DNA from: a virus
Taxonomy: Duplodnaviria; Caudoviricetes
Virus record (IMG/VR): IMGVR_UViG_3300043415_000103
Span: 1 to 25,856 of that record
Length of the DNA: 25,856 bases
Direction: 5' to 3' (one strand)
Both the position numbers and the translations under genes were made by a program. Shown here piece by piece: positions 1-9,049 of this stretch. The stretch's first letter is position 1; each line of letters starts with the position of its first letter. Under the pieces are notes generated by a model that was not told the origin of the DNA, made no database searches, and saw nothing but the letters and a program-made list of their open reading frames with translations.

Positions 1-243
1 GGATCAAGCCGTGGTGATCAAAATGGCGCATGGTATCGGTGGTTTGTGGTGAGCGGCACAAAGGGCACGCGAATGACAAAAGCGCAAGGTAGAGTCAGCG
101 TGCAAGCGATCCGCGGCCGTGATTTTGTAGGGCAAACGGTGAGCGCGCCAACCAATCAGGCACGTGCGATCGAAGCGCTGAACAAAACCGTGCAGGCTTT
201 CTTGAGCGGCGCCATCAAATACCGGGGGCGAAAGGGTAGATAG
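1..243 (+). CDS. C-terminal half of an HK97 gp10-like tail completion/neck protein (N-terminal half at 25614-25856)
   Basis: Frame 1 is open from base 1 (GSSRGDQNGAWYRWFVVSGTK...). The WYRWFVVSGT motif resembles the gp10-family Y-x-x-F-V-E-x-G-T motif. Confidence 0.7.
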   Translation, partial: GSSRGDQNGAWYRWFVVSGTKGTRMTKAQGRVSVQAIRGRDFVGQTVSAPTNQARAIEALNKTVQAFLSGAIKYRGRKGR

Positions 244-1571
244 TGAACAAAGGCACGATGAATCTGGTTATCAAGGCGGTTGATAACGCCACGCCTACCC
301 TGCGCAAAATCGGCAAGGGCTTTGGCGGCCTGAAGAGCGCAGGCGCCTCCATCGGTGGCGGGCTGCAAACGTTGGCGCTTGGGGCGGTTGGCATTGCCAC
401 CGCCGTGGCAGGCTTCACCATCGCGGCAACAAAGGCGGCAGCCGATGAGGAAAAGCAGGTTGCCCGGCTCAATGGTGTGCTCAAGGCGCGCAACATGCTC
501 ACCGAAGAAAACAGCGCAGCGGTTGAAACGCAGATTTCCAAAATGGAGAATCTTGCGGTTTCCGATGATGCGGTGCGCGAGAGCCTCATTACCGCAACGC
601 AATTCACCAAGAATTTCAATGACGCAATCAAGATTCAGAATGTGGCGGCTGACGTTGCCGCGGCAAAAAACATTTCCCTTGAAGAGGCAACGGCTTTGGT
701 GGGTAAGGCGTATCAGGGAAATACAAAGGGGCTCAAGGGCTTGGGCGTTGAGGTAAAGAAAGGCGCGAAGGGCCTTGACGTTCTAAACGCCGTCACCAAT
801 AAATACAAAGGCTCAGCCGAAGCGGCAGCCAATACCGTGAGCGGTAAATTCGCCAAAGCTCAGGTGAAGATGGGCAACATCTTTGAGAATTTCGGCGCGG
901 CATTCTTGCCCATTGCAGCCGATGGGCTCACGATCCTATCCGATAAGGTGTTGCCTGCCGTAGGCGAAGGGCTCAAGGCAATCATGCCGATCATTCAAAC
1001 CGTGGGCAAATTCATCATGAATAATTTGGTGCCTGCGGTTGGCGGCTTCATCAACAAATTGACCGCGCCGGGCGGCGTCATCGAATCGGTGATGAGCGTG
1101 GTAGGGCCGATCATCAACAACCTCATCCCTGTGTTCGGCATGATCTTTGATGCCGTGGGTAAGACAGGGGCGAAGATCTCTGAGCTCATCGGCATTCTTT
1201 GGGGCGATGGCAAAGGCCCGTTGGCGGTGGGCGTGCAGGCCATGGGCAACATCTTGGGTTTCGTTGGCAAGATCGTTGCCAATCTGGTTGGCTTTATTGG
1301 TGAGGCGATTGGCGCCGTCATCAACGTATCAAAGGCAATCATGGATTCACCAATTGGTTGGGTAATCAAAACCATTGCAGGCATCATCGGCAACGTTGCG
1401 GGCGCGGTGGGCGGCGCGATCGGATTGACGCCACCCGCGAATGCAGGCACAGGCGTTTCGGGCAACCCGATGGATACGAAATACAGCATCAACATTGGCG
1501 GCAAGGCGGTTGACGGCGTGGTGAAGGATTCGCTAGGGCGCATCATCACCACCACCACACCGGGGCGCTAA
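243..1571 (+). CDS. Tail tape measure protein (short, 442 aa)
   Basis: N-terminal LVIKAVDNATPTL start typical of tape measures, Ala/Gly-rich helical composition, amphipathic Ile/Gly/Pro repeats in the C-terminal half, and position downstream of the frameshifted tail chaperone. Confidence 0.9.
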   Translation: MNKGTMNLVIKAVDNATPTLRKIGKGFGGLKSAGASIGGGLQTLALGAVGIATAVAGFTIAATKAAADEEKQVARLNGVLKARNMLTEENSAAVETQISKMENLAVSDDAVRESLITATQFTKNFNDAIKIQNVAADVAAAKNISLEEATALVGKAYQGNTKGLKGLGVEVKKGAKGLDVLNAVTNKYKGSAEAAANTVSGKFAKAQVKMGNIFENFGAAFLPIAADGLTILSDKVLPAVGEGLKAIMPIIQTVGKFIMNNLVPAVGGFINKLTAPGGVIESVMSVVGPIINNLIPVFGMIFDAVGKTGAKISELIGILWGDGKGPLAVGVQAMGNILGFVGKIVANLVGFIGEAIGAVINVSKAIMDSPIGWVIKTIAGIIGNVAGAVGGAIGLTPPANAGTGVSGNPMDTKYSINIGGKAVDGVVKDSLGRIITTTTPGR

Positions 1572-3002
1572 ATGGCAACGCACCCGTTTGCGATTCTGGT
1601 TGATGGCGTCAACAGCGGTGCCAACATTCTTGATGACTATTCAACCTCAAGCCCAACCACGCCGTGGGTTGATCCTGAGAGCGTAAGCCTCACCCAAGAT
1701 GCAAACGGTGAGGGCGGCTCTCTCACCTTTGACGTGATGCAGGTGAAAACCCCAAGCCCCGCAGGGCCGTGGTGGAAATCTGGCAACGTCAATGACAATG
1801 CGCGGGTGCGCTTTCAGGTGAGCGGCACCACCACATTCTTGGGGTACATCACATCGATTGACGCGCAGCTTGCCGAAAACGGGATTGGTACGCGGGCAAC
1901 CGTGACGGCTGCGGCAGCCTCAGCCTTTCTAGACAAAATCATTGTGTACAAAGGGCGGCAGGCAACAGGCACGCGCGCTGTTTACACCTCAAATTTTCTC
2001 ATTGGCGTAGCGGGTGGCACCGATCAAGCAGCCGTCACGGCTCTGGTTTCAAAGGCTGATGCGGCGCAGGCATTCAGCGGCGGCACCACAGGCCGCACCG
2101 CCAATCGCCTGATTGTGGCAACCAACACCACGCCCGCCTATAGCGGTGCAACGGCGGTGGTTGGGCAGCTCACGATGGTGCCCGGCACGCTGCGCGCCTG
2201 CCTTGACACAATCAAAGAGGCAGCCGAATCCATTGACGGTGAACAGCGCCGCTATTGGGTGGCGCCTAGCGGGCGCATCAATTACGCACGGCTTGGCAGC
2301 GCAACGCCAACATTCCCAACCGCGCCGTTCAAGATCGTGACAACGGCAACCTATAGCCCCTACGGATCAGCATCGGCAGCCGCCACCATTCAGGCGCGCA
2401 ATCTTAGCGTTGGGCTTGATCATGATTCAATCGTGAAAAAGGCACGCTTTACGTTCAACACCAATGCATCAGATTGGGATTCGCAGATTTCAGGTGGCGT
2501 GTACACGGTTGATGATCCCTATGGGCGTGTATACGATCAGGCTGCGCCCGATGGTGCAGGCATGACTACGCGCAACGGCCCGCGCCCTGAGGTGATCATT
2601 GGCGTGACGCCTCAGCCTGCAAAGGCTGCGCGCCCTACCTATTGGACAGCGAAAATCACCGACTATTCAAAGCGCTATTTCGGAACAAACACCTACCCAA
2701 ACCGCGCTGCACCACAGCGAAGCATCAACCTCAGCATTCGGGGCGCTGACACCACAAACAATCCCTATGGCTTTGCCAATGGGTACCGCCAAACGGGCAC
2801 AGCGCCTGACACGTTCACCCTGCAATCAGGGTGGGAGGCGGGGCAATGGATTAGCATTGAGGCGCCGGGGCTTGACCTCAGCGGGCTCTACCGTATTGAA
2901 AGCCTCACGATGACCTTTGAGCCGGGCTCTATGATTCGGCAATTCGATCTGACGTGCGAGCGGGCACCACGAAACCCGCTCAAGAAATTCTTGCAGGGGT
3001 AA
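1572..3002 (+). CDS. Minor tail protein, probable baseplate hub/Tal-like
   Basis: Directly follows the tape measure. Hub-like elements: FLGYITSID, RYWVAPSGRINY, and C-terminal AGQWISIEAPGLDLSGLYRIESLTMTF. Confidence 0.7.
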   Translation: MATHPFAILVDGVNSGANILDDYSTSSPTTPWVDPESVSLTQDANGEGGSLTFDVMQVKTPSPAGPWWKSGNVNDNARVRFQVSGTTTFLGYITSIDAQLAENGIGTRATVTAAAASAFLDKIIVYKGRQATGTRAVYTSNFLIGVAGGTDQAAVTALVSKADAAQAFSGGTTGRTANRLIVATNTTPAYSGATAVVGQLTMVPGTLRACLDTIKEAAESIDGEQRRYWVAPSGRINYARLGSATPTFPTAPFKIVTTATYSPYGSASAAATIQARNLSVGLDHDSIVKKARFTFNTNASDWDSQISGGVYTVDDPYGRVYDQAAPDGAGMTTRNGPRPEVIIGVTPQPAKAARPTYWTAKITDYSKRYFGTNTYPNRAAPQRSINLSIRGADTTNNPYGFANGYRQTGTAPDTFTLQSGWEAGQWISIEAPGLDLSGLYRIESLTMTFEPGSMIRQFDLTCERAPRNPLKKFLQG

Positions 3003-3005
3003 GAG

Positions 3006-4730
3006 ATGGTTGAGAAATTCGGCAGCGATCAACAGCAAATCGCAACGCTAGGCGGCGGCGTCATCAGCGAAGATGGCGCCACGCTCTTGAGCGGCGAGAG
3101 CTTGGGCGAAAGCGCCCTGCTCTTCGGCCCTGCCGCCCTGCGTGAAATCAAGGCGGGCATTGCCAACGGTGATTTTGCCATTGCCCCGGCTGATGACACG
3201 GCAACCATTACCGCCGATAACCCATTGCCCTATTGGACATTTACCGACGTAAACAGCGCGGGCGCGATCACCGCGGCATTGGTTGCCGATGCAGGCGCAG
3301 GCTCAGGCAACGTGCTGCGCTTCACCGTGGCAAGCGGCACCCTCACCGGAAAGAGCGCCACCATCAGCCGATTCATTCCCGTGGCATCTTCAGCCTCACG
3401 CTCATTCTCATTCTATGCCGAAGCAACATTTGAAAACGGCACGAATAGCACGCAGGCAAACGCAAAGATCACGTGCCAATTCTACAAATCAGATCAGGCA
3501 ACCACCACGGGCACGGCCTTTGAAAGTGACCTGTACACCTTTGATTTTTTGCAATTGCCTACGGGCGCAACCGCTCCCGATCTCTACGTTGGCACGCCTG
3601 ATCTTGCCGATACCACCGCCCCGGCTGATGCTGCCTTTTTGAAAGTCACCATCACCATTGCGACGGTTGCCACGCAATCAGCCGATCGAACGGTTGACCT
3701 CACCGAAGTGCGCGTTGGCAGCGGGTTGCCTGAGCTGATCCTTACCGATAAAAGCGGCGGCGGGTGGCCTGCCTACATCATCAACAACAATGACACGCTC
3801 TCTTTGTATTCAAGCAGCCAATCAGGCGTGCTTGATTTGGGCGATGCGACAAACCTGACAGGGCTCACATCGGTTGACATCTACAGCGGTGACCTCATGA
3901 ACATCACCACGGGCGCCACAGGGCTCTACATCAATTCAGGCAACGCCGTTGACATCACCGCGCCAAGCGGCGTGAGCATCAATAACACAGGATTGGGCGA
4001 TGGAACGCTCCGGGTCAACACGATTGATTCAGAGGCAACCACCGCATCAGATCTTTTGTTTCAGGCAACGGGCTCTGATTTTATTTTTCAAGACATGAAT
4101 TCAAATGGCACCAACCCGCGATTATTGTTTAGAGATCGAACAGGCACCTATTATGCGGGGTTGAAATCTGGTGCGGCAAACGTTGTGCAGGTGCTCAATG
4201 GCACTAGCGCCACAGACTATGCGCAGATTTGGGCAGAGCGTATCTACCCAATGAACGGCTCAACCGCGAGCCGCTACATGTATGACGATGGCACGCGCAT
4301 TGCGTTCAGCTCAGGCATTGATGCCGCGGGCACCGTAGTTTGTAGCGGCGCGATGATCAGCGATGCGATTAGCACCACCACACAAACATCAAGCGCGGCA
4401 ATTTGGGTGCTCTCATCAGGCACCACGTACAGCCTGCGGCGCAATTCATCTTCGGCGCGATACAAAACAAACATTGTTGATGCCGATGCGGCCGTGTTGG
4501 AGGCAGCGCGTAAGATCAAGCCACGCCACTACGAATCAACCATTTCCGATGAATCAGGCGCAACCCGCTTGGGATTCATTGCCGAAGAGGTAGAGGCGGC
4601 AGGATTGACGCATGCGGTTGGATACGATGCCGAAGGGCGCGTTGAAAGCCTTGACAGCGTGGCGCTCATTGCGGCGCTATTTGCCCGCGTGAATGATCTT
4701 GAAGAGCGGCTGAAGGCGCTTGAGGGTTGA
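3006..4730 (+). CDS. Tail fibre/spike with C-terminal peptidase S74-type intramolecular chaperone
   Basis: Thr/Gly/Ser-rich beta-strand body and a CBM-like NGDF...LPYW start. The C-terminus has SSARYKTNI...KIKPRHY...LGFIAEEV followed by a coiled coil (LEERLKALE), as in S74 chaperones. Confidence 0.85.
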   Translation: MVEKFGSDQQQIATLGGGVISEDGATLLSGESLGESALLFGPAALREIKAGIANGDFAIAPADDTATITADNPLPYWTFTDVNSAGAITAALVADAGAGSGNVLRFTVASGTLTGKSATISRFIPVASSASRSFSFYAEATFENGTNSTQANAKITCQFYKSDQATTTGTAFESDLYTFDFLQLPTGATAPDLYVGTPDLADTTAPADAAFLKVTITIATVATQSADRTVDLTEVRVGSGLPELILTDKSGGGWPAYIINNNDTLSLYSSSQSGVLDLGDATNLTGLTSVDIYSGDLMNITTGATGLYINSGNAVDITAPSGVSINNTGLGDGTLRVNTIDSEATTASDLLFQATGSDFIFQDMNSNGTNPRLLFRDRTGTYYAGLKSGAANVVQVLNGTSATDYAQIWAERIYPMNGSTASRYMYDDGTRIAFSSGIDAAGTVVCSGAMISDAISTTTQTSSAAIWVLSSGTTYSLRRNSSSARYKTNIVDADAAVLEAARKIKPRHYESTISDESGATRLGFIAEEVEAAGLTHAVGYDAEGRVESLDSVALIAALFARVNDLEERLKALEG

Positions 4731-4732
4731 CG

Positions 4733-4918
4733 ATGACAAAGACACAGGCTGACCAGATCATTGCCCGGCTTGATTCGCAGAGCGAAAAGATTGACGCGCT
4801 AAAGGCGGAGATTGATCAAATGAAAGGCGGGTTGGCGGTGCTTCGCGCATTGGGCGCCATGCTAGGTGTTGGGGGTATCGGCGCGCTTTTGGCGTGGCTG
4901 CAAGCACAGGGCAAATAA
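4733..4918 (+). CDS. Small coiled-coil + single-TM membrane protein (holin-like/XhlA-like)
   Basis: ATG 4733 follows GAGGG. Heptad segment RLDSQSEKIDALKAEIDQMKG is followed by a hydrophobic C-terminal helix. Located between the tail fibre and lysis genes. Confidence 0.6.
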   Translation: MTKTQADQIIARLDSQSEKIDALKAEIDQMKGGLAVLRALGAMLGVGGIGALLAWLQAQGK

Positions 4919-5937
4919 TGCGGCGCGTGCTCTTGCCGCTCTTAGCCGCTTTCGTGCTTTGGCGTGCGGTGCCTGTTGCCGCTGCCGAATGGGTATTCAC
5001 CACCACAGCCAACGGCACCGTGCAGCTCATTGATGGCGGCTTTGTCATCACGGGTGCCGATGGTGGCGGCGGCTCTCACGTCACCACCTACACCACCACG
5101 GCCAATGCAGCGGGCACGGTGTGGCTGCTCTGGTACTACACCACCACCGATGGCGCGTGGTTTGACCGCCCGCAATTTCTCTTGAATGGCACGCCCACCG
5201 ATCTCATGACGCAGGGGCTTGAGGGCAACGGCGGCGTTCAATTCGAGGTGCAGCCGGGTGACGTGTACGGCTTCGGCGTGTGGGCGCTTGACACATGCTG
5301 CGGCGCGGGCGTGCTCACCATTAGTGACCCCGCCTTTGTACCTGCAAGCCCTGAGCCTTCCCCTGACCCCACCCCGCTGCCTAGCGTGCAGCCTAGCGAA
5401 GAGGTGCCCACCTATGAGCCCACGCCACCCCCTGAGCCTTCGCCAATTGATAGCCCTCAACCTAGCCCTAGCCCTGATCCTAGCCCTGAGCCTAGCCCTA
5501 CGCCTAGCCCCGTAGAGCCGCCTCAGAGCCCCGCTACGCCTTCGCCTACGCCAACGCCGCCACCTGCGCCTGAATCGCCCTCACCTAGCCCCACCGTGGC
5601 GGAAACCCCCACGTTGGAGCCTTCGCCTGAGGTGAGCCCTGAGCCCACCCCTGAGCCTACCGTTGAGCCCACGCCTGAGCCTGTGACCTTTGACCCCGGC
5701 GCAGCCGCCGAAGAGGTGGCAGCCGCCATTGGTGAGGCAGCGGCAGCGGTTAGCGAAGCCGTAGGGCAGGCCGCGGCGTTTGTCGCAAATCTTGGACACG
5801 ATCTAACGCCTGAAGAAAAAGAGAAAGCAGCCGCTACAATCGTGCCCGCCGTGATTGTCACGCAGGTTGCCCAAGCGGCAGCCGCGGCAGCCGCGGCGGC
5901 ATCGTCAATTGGAGGCTCACGAAAGGGCAAACCGTGA
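4918..5937 (+). CDS. Secreted/membrane-anchored protein with beta-rich N-domain and Pro/Ser/Thr/Glu-rich stalk
   Basis: ATG 4918 overlaps the upstream TAA. Sec-type signal peptide MRRVLLPLLAAFVLWRAVPVAAA, a ~120 aa PEPS/PTP stalk, and a C-terminal hydrophobic IVPAVIVTQVAQ + poly-Ala + basic tail. Confidence 0.75.
   Translation: MRRVLLPLLAAFVLWRAVPVAAAEWVFTTTANGTVQLIDGGFVITGADGGGGSHVTTYTTTANAAGTVWLLWYYTTTDGAWFDRPQFLLNGTPTDLMTQGLEGNGGVQFEVQPGDVYGFGVWALDTCCGAGVLTISDPAFVPASPEPSPDPTPLPSVQPSEEVPTYEPTPPPEPSPIDSPQPSPSPDPSPEPSPTPSPVEPPQSPATPSPTPTPPPAPESPSPSPTVAETPTLEPSPEVSPEPTPEPTVEPTPEPVTFDPGAAAEEVAAAIGEAAAAVSEAVGQAAAFVANLGHDLTPEEKEKAAATIVPAVIVTQVAQAAAAAAAAASSIGGSRKGKP
5340..5700 (+). repeat. Low-complexity coding repeats (CCTAGCCC / CCTGAGCC units) encoding the Pro-rich stalk
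   Basis: For example cctagccctagccctgatcctagccctgagcctagccctacgcctagccc at 5461-5510. Confidence 0.8.
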
Positions 5938-6113
5938 AGCATCTGCGTGACATTGCATTAGACATCAGCGCTTCATCGTTCACGTGGTTGGGCATGATGG
6001 TGGCATGGATTGTGCTGCCTGAATCTGGCACGCGGGATTTTGTAGGCGTGAGCATTTTGGCGCTCATCGCTCTTTGGGCGATCACAGGGCCATTGAGATG
6101 GGGTAAGGATTGA
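5934..6113 (+). CDS. 59-aa two-TM membrane protein (absent from the supplied ORF track)
   Basis: GTG 5934 overlaps the upstream TGA and TGA 6111-6113 overlaps the next ATG. Translation: MKHLRDIALDISASSFTWLGMMVAWIVLPESGTRDFVGVSILALIALWAITGPLRWGKD. Confidence 0.8.
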   Translation: MKHLRDIALDISASSFTWLGMMVAWIVLPESGTRDFVGVSILALIALWAITGPLRWGKD

Positions 6114-6367
6114 TGACGTTTACGGATTACATCGAACAGGTTGCGGCTCAGGGTTGGGCGCGCGTTGACGTTGCGCCGGGCGAATGGGTTGCCGTAGTGC
6201 CAAACGATGTGCACACCGCATTTGGCGGCACGCTGTGGCGCCGCGCTGAAGATGGCAACGATTACGCCGAAGGCGTCACCGAAGGGCACCCCGTGAGCGC
6301 TGCCCTTGACTATGAGGCAGCCGCCCGTGCCATTGCCGTGATGATCAAGCGTGAGGTTGGCGCGTGA
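6113..6367 (+). CDS. Hypothetical protein
   Basis: ATG 6113 follows AAGGA and the ORF is coupled to both neighbours. No family recognised. Confidence 0.7.
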   Translation: MTFTDYIEQVAAQGWARVDVAPGEWVAVVPNDVHTAFGGTLWRRAEDGNDYAEGVTEGHPVSAALDYEAAARAIAVMIKREVGA

Positions 6368-7518
6368 AATACCGCGTGGCTTCGCAGCTCTATGCCGATG
6401 CCGAAGCCCAATTGAAGGGCGCCAAACAAATTCTTGACGATTGCACATGGTCATCATGCGCCGCCGCCGTATCGTGGGCGAGCGGGTACGCCGTCACCTA
6501 CACCGCGGCGCAGGGCGTTGCAGCCTTTGAGAAAGCCACAGGGCGCAAAGATAAACAGGGCGTGAGCGATGCCGGGGGCTCTCTGCCCGAAGCCGTCAAA
6601 ACCATTGCGGTGCTTGGGGGAAAAGCCCGCTATGCCAAATCATGGGCCGATGCCGTAGAGGCAGCGAAGAATGGCGCTGCCCTCATGGTGTGGGTGCAAC
6701 AGCCTGTTGGCTATCCCGCGGGCGTACCAATCAGCGCATGGCACGATCGTTGGCGCAAATGGTGGGGCAAGCATGCGCCTCAGAAGCTCATTGACGGCTA
6801 CGGGCACATGACCTCAGCGGGGTGGTGCGAAGATCACGGGTGGCAATGGGCCTGCCCAACCCGCGATGAGAAAACCGCCGCTGAGAAATACGCGGTGCCT
6901 GTCACCGAAGATCAATTGCGGCAGATCGCAAATAGCAAGGTGAAAGCCAAAAAGGCAAAGGCTGATTTCAAGTGCCTGCTCATCGTCACGCACCCGGCGC
7001 GCAACGCCGCGCCTGCGCCCGTGGCGCCTGTTGCAACGCCTGCACCTGCCCCAACGCCAAAGCCTGCCCCTGCCCCTACGCCTGCGCCGCAGGTAGTGGC
7101 AAAGGCTGAAGCCCCGAAGGCCGCGCCAAAGCCTGCAAGCCCAACCGTGGCAGATCAGGTGGGCAAGGCGCTTGAGGGTGTAGATTGGGAGGCGGTCAGC
7201 GGGAGGGCGCTAACAGCCGCAACAGGTGCGGCGGCGGCTGCGTCAAAGGTGAAAGGTGCCCCCGCAAAAATGATGACGTTCATTCGATACATCAAAGACA
7301 ACACCGGGATTGATGAAGCCCTGTTGGAGGCTGCCCGCGTATTCATTGCCACCGCCATTGCCGTGGCGCTTGCCACAGGCGCGCCCCTGCTTGACATGAC
7401 AGGCGATGACATGCGAACGGTCATCAGCGGTGGGCTCAGCGCCTGTTTGAACGTGATCGTGCGCTATCTAAACCCCTCAGATTCGGCCTTCGGGGTCAAG
7501 CCAAAAATCAAGCCCTAA
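6364..7518 (+). CDS. Putative endolysin: papain-like (C39-type) cysteine peptidase + Pro/Ala linker + C-terminal holin-like membrane domain
   Basis: DDCTWSSCAAAV (Cys nucleophile helix), GYGHMT (His) and WQWACP; an APAPTPKP linker; two hydrophobic helices ending RYLNPSDSAFG. Position in the lysis region. Confidence 0.65.
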   Translation: MKYRVASQLYADAEAQLKGAKQILDDCTWSSCAAAVSWASGYAVTYTAAQGVAAFEKATGRKDKQGVSDAGGSLPEAVKTIAVLGGKARYAKSWADAVEAAKNGAALMVWVQQPVGYPAGVPISAWHDRWRKWWGKHAPQKLIDGYGHMTSAGWCEDHGWQWACPTRDEKTAAEKYAVPVTEDQLRQIANSKVKAKKAKADFKCLLIVTHPARNAAPAPVAPVATPAPAPTPKPAPAPTPAPQVVAKAEAPKAAPKPASPTVADQVGKALEGVDWEAVSGRALTAATGAAAAASKVKGAPAKMMTFIRYIKDNTGIDEALLEAARVFIATAIAVALATGAPLLDMTGDDMRTVISGGLSACLNVIVRYLNPSDSAFGVKPKIKP

Positions 7519-7527
7519 CACACACGC

Positions 7528-7600
7528 TGCCACACAGGTGGCACAACATCGGGTGTAGGCTGCGAATAGTCACCTAAACAGGTGGCACGTAGATTGGAGG
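7528..7600 (+). promoter_or_regulatory. Intergenic control region: 11-bp direct repeat ACAGGTGGCAC (7534-7544, 7578-7588), two hairpins, putative -10 TAGGCT (7556-7561), RBS GATTGGAGG
   Basis: Repeats and stems (TGCCAC/GTGGCA; GTCACCT/AGGTGGC) read directly from the sequence. Promoter function is inferred. Confidence 0.55.
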
Positions 7601-7606
7601 TACCCG

Positions 7607-7837
7607 ATGAACGCGCTTGATGAATTGCGGGCGTTGAGCCGCCCGCGCAAAGGCCCACCGTGCGGCATGACCGCCGTTCACCTTGAGGGTGAGGATTGGG
7701 AAACGTTGCAGGTAGGGCTTGCCGATCCCGCGATTACCGCTAAGGCGTTGATGGCGTGGCTTGCAAAGCGTGGCTTCACCCTTTCGTTTTGGACAATCGC
7801 CCGGCATCGCCGTGGTGAGTGCGCGTGCAAATCATGA
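7607..7837 (+). CDS. Small putative Zn-binding/HTH-like protein
   Basis: Strong RBS. N-terminal GPPC, a helix-turn-helix-like ITAKALMAWL...LSFWTIARH segment, and C-terminal HRRGECAC. Confidence 0.7.
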   Translation: MNALDELRALSRPRKGPPCGMTAVHLEGEDWETLQVGLADPAITAKALMAWLAKRGFTLSFWTIARHRRGECACKS

Positions 7838-8859
7838 GTGAGGAGTTGCAGCTCGAACAGAGATTGCATGAAGTCACCGAAGCCCACAAACGTGCGCTGC
7901 GCCAATTGGCAAAGCGCGATGCTGCCCGTGAAGAATTGGTGGCGGCGGTGTATCAGGCCGCACACGATGCGGCGCTGAGCATCACGATTCCGCCCGTACC
8001 AAAGCCCAAAGCCTCAGGCAAAAAGGGTGAAGGTGAAACGTTGGTGGTGCTCTTGGGTGATTGGCAATTGGGCAAGCACTCAGAAACCTACGGCATTGAC
8101 ATTGCGAAGGCACGCATTGCGCTGCTTGCCACTAAGGTGCAGCGGCTGATCGAATTGCACGGCACGCCTGTCAAAGAAATTGCATGCGTGCTCTTGGGCG
8201 ATTTCGTAGAGAGCGACGGAAACATTTTTCCAAGCCAAGCCTATGAGGTAGAGCGCGGCGGTTTGTACGTGCAGATTTTTGAGGGCGCGGGCATGCTTGC
8301 ACAATTCGTGCGATCAATGGCAGCGCTTGCACCGAAGGTGACCGTGCGCGGGGCGATCGGAAACCACGGGCGGTTGGGCCGCTTCGGTGATCATTCGAAT
8401 GAATCAAACGCCGATGCGATTTTGTACCGCGTGGCGGCTGAGCATCTCAAGAATGAAAAGCGCGTTGATTGGCGCGAGAGCCTCACGATGGGTGGGCGCC
8501 ATTGGTATGACACGCTGAATTTGCCGGGCGGCAAAACCGCGATGCTTGTTCACGGTGATCAATTCAGGGGTGGCGCTTTCGGGCTGCCCTACTACGCGAT
8601 TGCGAAGCGTGCACAGGGTTGGAATCTTTCGGTGCAGCCGTTCGATTTCCTGTTTTACGGCCATTGGCACACGCCTGCAAGGTTGGTGCTATCTGATGGG
8701 GCGCATACGGTGTGGGGCAATGCAAGCATTGAATCTTCAAACCGCTACGCCCAAGAATGGTTGGCGGCAAGCGGCACCCCTGCGCAATGGGCGCTGTTCT
8801 TCGGCAAGGGTGGCGTCACCGCCGAATACCTAGTGCGCCTAGAAGATGCCAACGGCTGA
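7834..8859 (+). CDS. Calcineurin-like metallophosphoesterase with N-terminal coiled coil
   Basis: All five motifs are present: GDWQLG, LGDFVE, IGNHGR, VHGD, GHWH. ATG 7834 is in an ATGA overlap. Confidence 0.88.
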   Translation: MSEELQLEQRLHEVTEAHKRALRQLAKRDAAREELVAAVYQAAHDAALSITIPPVPKPKASGKKGEGETLVVLLGDWQLGKHSETYGIDIAKARIALLATKVQRLIELHGTPVKEIACVLLGDFVESDGNIFPSQAYEVERGGLYVQIFEGAGMLAQFVRSMAALAPKVTVRGAIGNHGRLGRFGDHSNESNADAILYRVAAEHLKNEKRVDWRESLTMGGRHWYDTLNLPGGKTAMLVHGDQFRGGAFGLPYYAIAKRAQGWNLSVQPFDFLFYGHWHTPARLVLSDGAHTVWGNASIESSNRYAQEWLAASGTPAQWALFFGKGGVTAEYLVRLEDANG

Positions 8860-9049
8860 CTATGAGCTGAAGCCCTGCCCGGTTTGTGGGGAATCGGGCA
8901 GGCTTTACGCCTACGGGGAGCAGGTAGCGAATACGGGGCCGCACGGGGTGGCTTGGGTGCTCAGCCAGAGCCTGTGCGGGGGGTGCCTCAAGGTGGTGGT
9001 TGAGGCGGCTCAGGCAGGGGGGTTGCCCGATCCTGAAACAGGGGGTTGA
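8846..9049 (+). CDS. Small Zn-ribbon protein (CPVC...CGGC)
   Basis: Two CxxC pairs; overlaps the phosphoesterase stop. Confidence 0.55.
   Translation: MPTADYELKPCPVCGESGRLYAYGEQVANTGPHGVAWVLSQSLCGGCLKVVVEAAQAGGLPDPETGG

Noticed and set aside
5340-5700. Repeat tract as a CRISPR array or non-coding repeat
   Set aside because: The repeats are short, degenerate and codon-phased, encode Pro-Ser/Pro-Glu, and have no spacers or cas genes.
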